A DNA stretch of 64,000 nucleotides from Octopus vulgaris (taxonomy: Eukaryota): NCBI GenBank assembly GCA_951406725.2, contig OX597835.1:6634001-6698000 (forward strand), in the 5' to 3' direction. The notes below the pieces were generated by a model. That model worked only from the letters and a program-made list of their open reading frames with translations. It searched no databases and had not been told where the DNA came from. Positions 56,611 to 64,000 of this stretch are shown in pieces. Made by a program: the position numbers and the translations under genes. How positions within the stretch are numbered: position 1 is the stretch's first letter; every line of letters begins with the position of its first letter.

Positions 56611-58076
56611 AGATAAAAGGCTTCTTTCGAAGTACTCTATGCTAAAAATGTGTAATCCATGGGAGGAAACTTTGTAGAAGCGTTAAATTTGACTTGCTGT
56701 AAGGAAGGGCGTAGGATGTAATGTTTGTGACGTTTCGTACATTTATCCTTCATCTTACAGTGAAGAAAAAAGCAAAAGAAAAAGTGATGGAATAAATTCT
56801 GTTTATAAGATGGTAAAAGAAAATGGTATTGGTATACGTTTCAGTTAATTTAGTGCAGTCGTTCAGTTATTTTAGTGCATAGTTTTATTATGACGTAAAA
56901 CTTAAAGTCTAATCTTAAGTTCGACCGTCTATTTGAAATTTATGTTAGATTATATCCATGTCTCTGTTATTTAAAAGTCTTTCGTTTCATGTCTTTCTTA
57001 AATATTCTTCAGGCGACTAAATCATGTTGTATAAATAAACTTTAGTATGATGAGTACTTTTTACATCTCCGCTTCTATTTGTCTATTTAATTGCACAAAT
57101 ATACATACAAACACACACACATATATGCCCCCACACACATACACGCACGCACACACATGCACATACACACACACACACACACACGCATATACACACACGC
57201 ACATATTTGCCTTCATCACACATAAAACGTTATCAACTTCTTACCTTGTCTTCTATCAATAACATTCATACATCATTTATCGCTTAGAACAACAACAGCG
57301 ATATAAAAAAAAAACAAACAACTGAATAAACCAACAAAAATGAAAAAATAATTAAACAAAACAATGAAAACAATATGTAAAGAAGAGTAAAAAACAAGAG
57401 AGACAAAAAGATAAATGATCATATTTTCAGAATTAGAAGGGAAAAATAAAACCAAATTGAATTTTAAATAAAACTTTCACCATGCGATAAAATTTTCAGT
57501 GAAATCTAAATATATGTGAAATGTCATATTCTAACTAATGTAATAGCGGTGAAAAACGACGGGTTTATTTCAGTCTCTTTTCACTAAATCTTAATGTTTC
57601 TGCTTCAAGCCTTACGCTATTTTCTTCATGTGTTTTATTTTATCTTCTTTCAGTTATTCTTTTACCACATTAACATTACTTCAAATCTTGACGCTATCAC
57701 TTCTCATATTTCTTGTTATCTTGTAGCATTTCTTCATAACTCGAGTATTGACTCCTTGTGAAAATCTTCACCTTCATTTTATAGTTTTTACTCGGGTCGT
57801 TACTCAGCGATTGAGTGGGCTTCGTTTGTTTAACTTGTATTTAAATATTTGAAAAGTTTATCTTATTTTTTATGCTCTCGCTACCATACTGTCTTTCCTA
57901 CTGACTGACTGACTGACTGACTGACTGACTGACTGACTCACTCACTCACTCACTCACTCACTCACTCACTCACTCAATCACTCAATCACTTATTTCTCCT
58001 GAAAGAAAATATCTACGAAGTAAAGTTCTGTGAACGTTCACAACAACAACAATAACCAAAAACAGCAGCAAAACTT

Positions 58077-58169
<93 letters not shown>

Positions 58170-58687
58170 CAACCAAAACACCAGGACTTACGAATGTATA
58201 TAACATACAGAAAATAGCACCCCTAGGCACCGCGTACATCCTACATAAGGCACCTTCAATACAGTGGTAAAAGGAGCAAGAAAACAAACCACAGCACGTA
58301 TCCAAGGCACATAGAGCAGCGCTCAGTAGTGAAGTGAACGCAAGTGATAAAAAAAATTAATGATGATGATGATGATGATAATACAAAGTCCTGGAAATAG
58401 AGGTAACTCGAATGTGTGGAGTCTAAAAACAGAAGCAATACCTATCATAATAGGCGCATTAGGTATGATTAAAAAATATTCAGACAAATGTATAACAAAA
58501 TCACCAGCACTAACAAGTATATATAACATACAGAGAATAACAGTACTAGGCATCGCACACTTCCTACGTAAAACACTTTCAATACAGTAAAAATAAGAGT
58601 ATCACAACAAACCACAGCACATACCCAAGGCACACAGAGCTGCGCTCGGTAGTGAAGTGAGAGTACGTTATAAAAATAAGACTACTG
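58170..58687 (+). mobile_element. Two tandem Dong/R4 3' ends in (AAT)n
   Basis: Both encode the ..YNIQ.I..LG.A..L.K..SIQ terminus plus the shared 3' UTR; separated by (GAT)n. Confidence 0.85.
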
Positions 58688-58730
58688 TATAATAATAATA
58701 ATAGTAATAATAATAATGATAATGATGATG

Positions 58731-58802
<72 letters not shown>

Positions 58803-58971
58803 GTGTGTTTTAGAGGTTTCAATGTCCCACGACGTTGGGAACAGTAGGATGACACACAGCGAAACGAAAAACGGCTGGAGATTTACAATTGTGTAAAAAG
58901 GGCAACATCAACAAAAACCATAAAGACAATAAAAAACAACAACAATAATAATAACGATGATGATGATGATG

Positions 58972-59024
<53 letters not shown>

Positions 59025-59049
59025 GTGCAAAGACAATAGAAAAATAATA

Positions 59050-59263
59050 GTAATCCTTTCTACTATAGGGACAAGGCTTGGAATTTGTAGGGGGAGGGCG
59101 CGATATTCGATCACATCGACCCCCAGTGCACAACCGGTACTTATTTCATCGACCTCAAAAATATGAAAGACAAAGTCAACATCGACACATTGGACGTAGA
59201 GCCAGACAAAATATTGTTAAGCATTTCGCACGGCGTGCTAACGATTCTACCAGCTTGCCACCT
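59050..59263 (-). mobile_element. SINE B variant in (AAT)n
   Basis: Reverse-complement head, body and alternative tail. Confidence 0.75.
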
Positions 59264-59264
59264 T

Positions 59265-59265
59265 G

Positions 59266-59298
<33 letters not shown>

Positions 59299-59367
59299 GT
59301 AGTAGTAGTAATAATAATAATAATAATAATAATAATGATAATAATAATAATAATAATAGCAGTAGTA

Positions 59368-59415
<48 letters not shown>

Positions 59416-59457
59416 GTAGTAGTAATAATAATAATAATAATAATAATAATAGTAGTA

Positions 59458-59502
<45 letters not shown>

Positions 59503-59505
59503 GTA

Positions 59506-59559
<54 letters not shown>

Positions 59560-59568
59560 GCAGTAGTA

Positions 59569-59610
<42 letters not shown>

Positions 59611-59688
59611 GTAGTAGTAATAATAATAAAAATAATAATAATAATAGTAGTAGTAATAATAATAAAAATAATAATAATAATAGTAGTA

Positions 59689-59733
<45 letters not shown>

Positions 59734-59736
59734 GTA

Positions 59737-59777
<41 letters not shown>

Positions 59778-59811
59778 CATAATAATAAAAATAATAATAA
59801 TAATGATGATG

Positions 59812-59878
<67 letters not shown>

Positions 59879-59886
59879 TGATGATG

Positions 59887-59920
<34 letters not shown>

Positions 59921-60032
59921 TAAAAATAAAAATAATAAAAATAATGGTAGTAATAGTAATGATAATATTTCTTTCTTTACTAATGATAATAATATTATAG
60001 ATAAGAACAACAGCAACAATAACAACAGATGT

Positions 60033-60072
<40 letters not shown>

Positions 60073-60090
60073 ACAACAACAACAATAACA
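59265..60090. repeat. Long (AAT)n/(AGT)n compound tract
   Basis: Directly visible. Confidence 0.97.
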
Positions 60091-60099
60091 ATTATTATT

Positions 60100-60316
60100 T
60101 CAAATTTTGGCTCAAGGCCTGCAATTTCGGAGCAGGGAGTAAGTGGATTACATTGGCCACAGTGCTCGACTGATACTTATTTCATCGAACCCGAAAGGAT
60201 AAAAGGAAAAAAAAAATTGACCTCGGCGCGGAATTTTGAACTCAGAACGTGAAGACGGGCGAAATGGCGCTAAGCATTTCGCCCGGTGTGCTAACGATTC
60301 AGCCAGCTCGCCGCCT
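60100..60316 (-). mobile_element. SINE B variant
   Basis: CCAGCTCGCCGCC head (reverse complement) and B body. Confidence 0.78.
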
Positions 60317-60325
60317 TAATGATGA

Positions 60326-60394
<69 letters not shown>

Positions 60395-60426
60395 GGCTGC
60401 TACTGCTACAGCTGCTGCTGCTGCTC

Positions 60427-60464
<38 letters not shown>

Positions 60465-60468
60465 GCTG

Positions 60469-60606
<138 letters not shown>

Positions 60607-61375
60607 ATGATAATTATAACAATTTCTATTTTAACCACAAAAGGTTTACATTAATGAAAACGTTAAGAAAGGCCCAGGACAGCACATTGAATGTGTGTGT
60701 GTGTGTGTGTGTGTCATTGTTAGGGTTTTGCGTTTAATCAGGTTTAACAAAAACAAACAAACAAGAACAAAAGAAAAAATCAAGAAAAAACAACAGAACA
60801 AAATAAAATGCTTTTGTTTTCGACCTTGGCCCCACCAAATTTCAGATTGAGGTTGGAAGACTAGTTGTGAAGTGGCACAATCTTCTCTTCACATGGAGGA
60901 AGATATAGGTCACGTGTTCGACAAACTAAACGAAAGCAGGAACAAAAACAAAAACAAAAACAGAAATCCCAAACGAAAATGTAAACACGTTTGAATAGAA
61001 AATACAGACGTTGTAGTAGTCGTAGTAGTAGAAGTAGTAATAGTAGTAGTAATAGTAGTAGTAGTGGTAGGAGGAGGAGGAGGAAGGGTATTAGTAGCAG
61101 TATTGGTTGTAGTTGTAGTAAAAGCACCAGTAAATGTAACCGTGGCAGTAGGGACGACAGAGGTAGTGAAGGTAGTAGTAGTAGTAGTAGTAGGAGTAGT
61201 AGTAGTAGTAGAAACAGGAGTAATTGTTATTGTCGATGCCATCATCATAATTGTAGTTAAGACTGTAATGGGTCTAGTAGTAGTAGTTGTTGTAGTAGTG
61301 GTGGTGATGGTAGCAGAATTTCTAGTTCCAGTATTATCAACAACAAACAACCCCACCCCAAAACAAAACAAACAT

Positions 61376-61755
61376 AGCCGCAGGAGTGGGTGTGTGGTAA
61401 GTAGCTTGCTTACCAGCCACATGGTTCCGGGTTCAGTCCCACTGTGTGACCCCTTGGGCAAGTGTCTTCTACTATAGCCTTGTGCCGACCAAAGCCTTGT
61501 GAGTGGATTTGGTAGACGGAAACTGAAAGAAGCCCGTCTTAAATATATATATATTTATATGTATGTGTGTGTATATGTTTGTGTGTCTGTGTTTGTCACC
61601 CCCAACATCGCTTGACAACCGATGCTGGTGTGTTTACGTCCCTGTAACTTAGCGGTTCGGCGAAACAGACCGATAGAATAAGTACTAGGCTTATAACAAA
61701 TAAGTCCTTGGGCCAATTTGCTCGACTAAAGGCGGTGCTCCGGCATGGCCACACA
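61376..61755 (+). mobile_element. SINE family A, tail truncated
   Basis: Head to GCATGGCCAC. Confidence 0.9.
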
Positions 61756-61789
61756 AACATATGCGAGATGCATTGCAGAAGGTTTGAGA

Positions 61790-61853
61790 CTTCTCTCAAA
61801 TTAATAAATGTCTCTCCCGAGAAAGTCTCAAAACTTTTGGAACACACTCTGTA
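61790..61853. mobile_element. Possible Tc1/mariner terminal repeat remnant
   Basis: GTCTCAAAACTTTTGGAACACACTCTG|TA resembles a mariner-type TIR end. Confidence 0.4.
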
Positions 61854-62747
61854 TATAACTGAAGGCATAATGGTCGACTGCCACTAGCGGATATTAGATG
61901 AAATGATCAAGTTGTGGATTGTGTGTGTATGTTTGCGCGCGCGCGTGCGCGTGTGTGGTATAATGGCAAAAGAATCTGGAGTAAGATGCAGGGATATATA
62001 TTCCTGTATCTAAGTTATGCTATATAGATGCCAAGAACTTAGTATGAATTTTCGTTTGTGTTTGCATTTTTCTGATATTGCTGATTTTGAATAAAAGTAG
62101 ATCTGGTAGCCTCGAATTCATCAATATTAGTTTTTTTCTCAGTTGTACATGAAACACAGCTTAAAATGCAGCATTAGCTTCTATGTTTGAATGTTCCTGT
62201 ATTTTCCATTTAAGCTGTAATTACCGACCGCTTTTATTCGGCGACCAGATGTAGTCGAGCAATTTTGCCTTCCTGATGTTAAATAATAGATTTTGCACTT
62301 GAAGTGTCCAATTATTCACCGACATTTAATCTGTCTGTCCACCTAAACACCTGTGCTACATGCAACCTCTTAACAATTTAATTTCGTTCCATCTGTCTCC
62401 GTCCTTTCCCGCTTCACTAAATACTCCTTCTCTTCAATTCTTTATTTCTTCTTGTTCTCATTGGGTCATTGCTTTCACATTTTATCTAAAGAATACTTCT
62501 CTAAGCGAACAAAGATATTGCCCAGGATAAATATTTGAGTTAGCCTCCATAGCACTGCCATTTCCATAAGGTTTCGAATGGTCTGAAATAACTTCCAACT
62601 GATCAATTAATTGAAGAAAGATACGAATGCGATACGGAAAATTAGTGCATAGTTGCATGGAAAAGACTAGCCATTTAAGATCTTTACTGATTATTTTACA
62701 TAATACCTTGTCAATCTGACTTTGAGTTATTAAATGCTGGCGTATCA

Positions 62748-62790
<43 letters not shown>

Positions 62791-62846
62791 GAAATATTAA
62801 AATTACTAAGTCTCTCTCAAGGAGATTACGGCAGCGTTACTGGATG

Positions 62847-63090
62847 TTAATATTTATCGCCATACTAATATGGTAGTCTATAAATATAACAATCCTGAAA
62901 CATGTAAACATGTCTGCAGATGTCTGACTAGCAAGGTGAAGCGGCTGACCTCCCCTGTTCGAAGGTTTGTAATGGATGCAGGTTCGTTTGTCAAATAGCT
63001 AGCTAGAGGCGATGGCCTCTTGGAGCTAATCAGCGACAGCTTTAGTCTTATATTTATAGACTACCATATTAGTATGGCGATAAATATTAA
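62847..63090. mobile_element. MITE with perfect 43-bp terminal inverted repeats
   Basis: 62847-62889 is the exact reverse complement of 63048-63090. Confidence 0.85.
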
Positions 63091-63100
63091 TATATATATA

Positions 63101-63483
63101 TCTCTCTATATATAAACGGCAGTTTGTCTGTGTGTGTTTCTGTGTGTCTGTTTGGTTGTACCCTCACTCTGACCACGGCTTTCAACCGATTCTGATGAAA
63201 CTTGACACACACATAGCCCAATGTCATAATTCAAAACTAACGCAGCGAAAATTTTGAAAAGTTCCCCCAGTTCTGAAAAGATCGATAAATTCGACATGGG
63301 GTCGACAATCAGAAACACAAGCCACAGATGGTCTAGGGGACGCAACTCGACCTTTTTAACTATCAAAAAAATTTACCATCATTTTTTTCCCCATTTTTTT
63401 GCTATTTTTTGGCTATAACTCTCTAAATATGCTTTATAGTTATTTCCCTTACAAACCCGAGCAACGCCGGGCGATACTGCTAG
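63101..63483 (+). mobile_element. Non-autonomous Helitron (same family as 6436-6807)
   Basis: A|TC...hairpin...CTAG|T inside (TA)n. Confidence 0.9.
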
Positions 63484-63513
63484 TATATATATATATGTAT
63501 ATATATATATATG

Positions 63514-63568
<55 letters not shown>

Positions 63569-63569
63569 A

Positions 63570-63780
63570 GCTTGTTGCAGTTGTAACACTGCGCCACGCT
63601 GGAGCACCACTTTTAAGAATTTCTAAACGGACGAATCAACCCCCAGTACTTACTTTTTTTAAAGCCTGGTACTTATTCTATCGGTCTTCTTATGCCGAAC
63701 CGCTAGGTTATGGGAACGTAAATACACCAAAACCGGTTGTCAAGCGGTGACAGGGGGACAAACTCAGACATAAAGACACA
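63570..63780 (-). mobile_element. SINE family A, diverged 3' half
   Basis: GCTGGAGCACC...TACTTATTCTATCGGTC...GTTGTCAAGC. Confidence 0.8.
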
Positions 63781-64000
63781 CACACACACTCTCACACATA
63801 CGCACGCACGCACACGAGTGAGTGGAGAAAGGAGGGAGAGAGAAATGATGATGGTGGTGGCGATTGGATAGTGAAAAGTGTATTTTTTAAAAGTTTTATT
63901 TTATGTCACCTATCAACGCATGCGCATAAGTGCAATTCCGGGAAATATTAACGCTTATTTACGTGGCAGATATATACAATTTAACTAAAGATTGTATCAT

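Overview
AT-rich animal genomic DNA with very dense microsatellites. The SINE families and microsatellite load suggest an Octopus-like cephalopod; this is inference, not proof. Nearly all of the window looks intronic. The only convincing host coding sequence is a 107-bp plus-strand exon (39113-39219) encoding the N-terminal part of a thrombospondin type-1 repeat (ADAMTSL/papilin-like protein). The rest is decayed and nested mobile DNA: three main tRNA-derived SINE families (called A, B and C here), RTE, CR1-type, R4/Dong and L1/Tx1 LINE fragments, a Tc1 transposase relic, non-autonomous Helitron/Helentron elements and foldback MITEs. Most ORFs in the supplied track are microsatellite artefacts. 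The most notable observations are: (i) an apparently intact minimal type-I hammerhead ribozyme (41082-41130) in a short Penelope-LTR-like insert within (ATCT)n, plus two families of about 200-bp (TA)n-embedded elements carrying variant hammerhead cores; (ii) element families that each sit in their own microsatellite class (TA, AAT, ACAT, ATCT); (iii) an L1/Tx1 ORF1 relic whose 5' end is a tRNA-SINE head.
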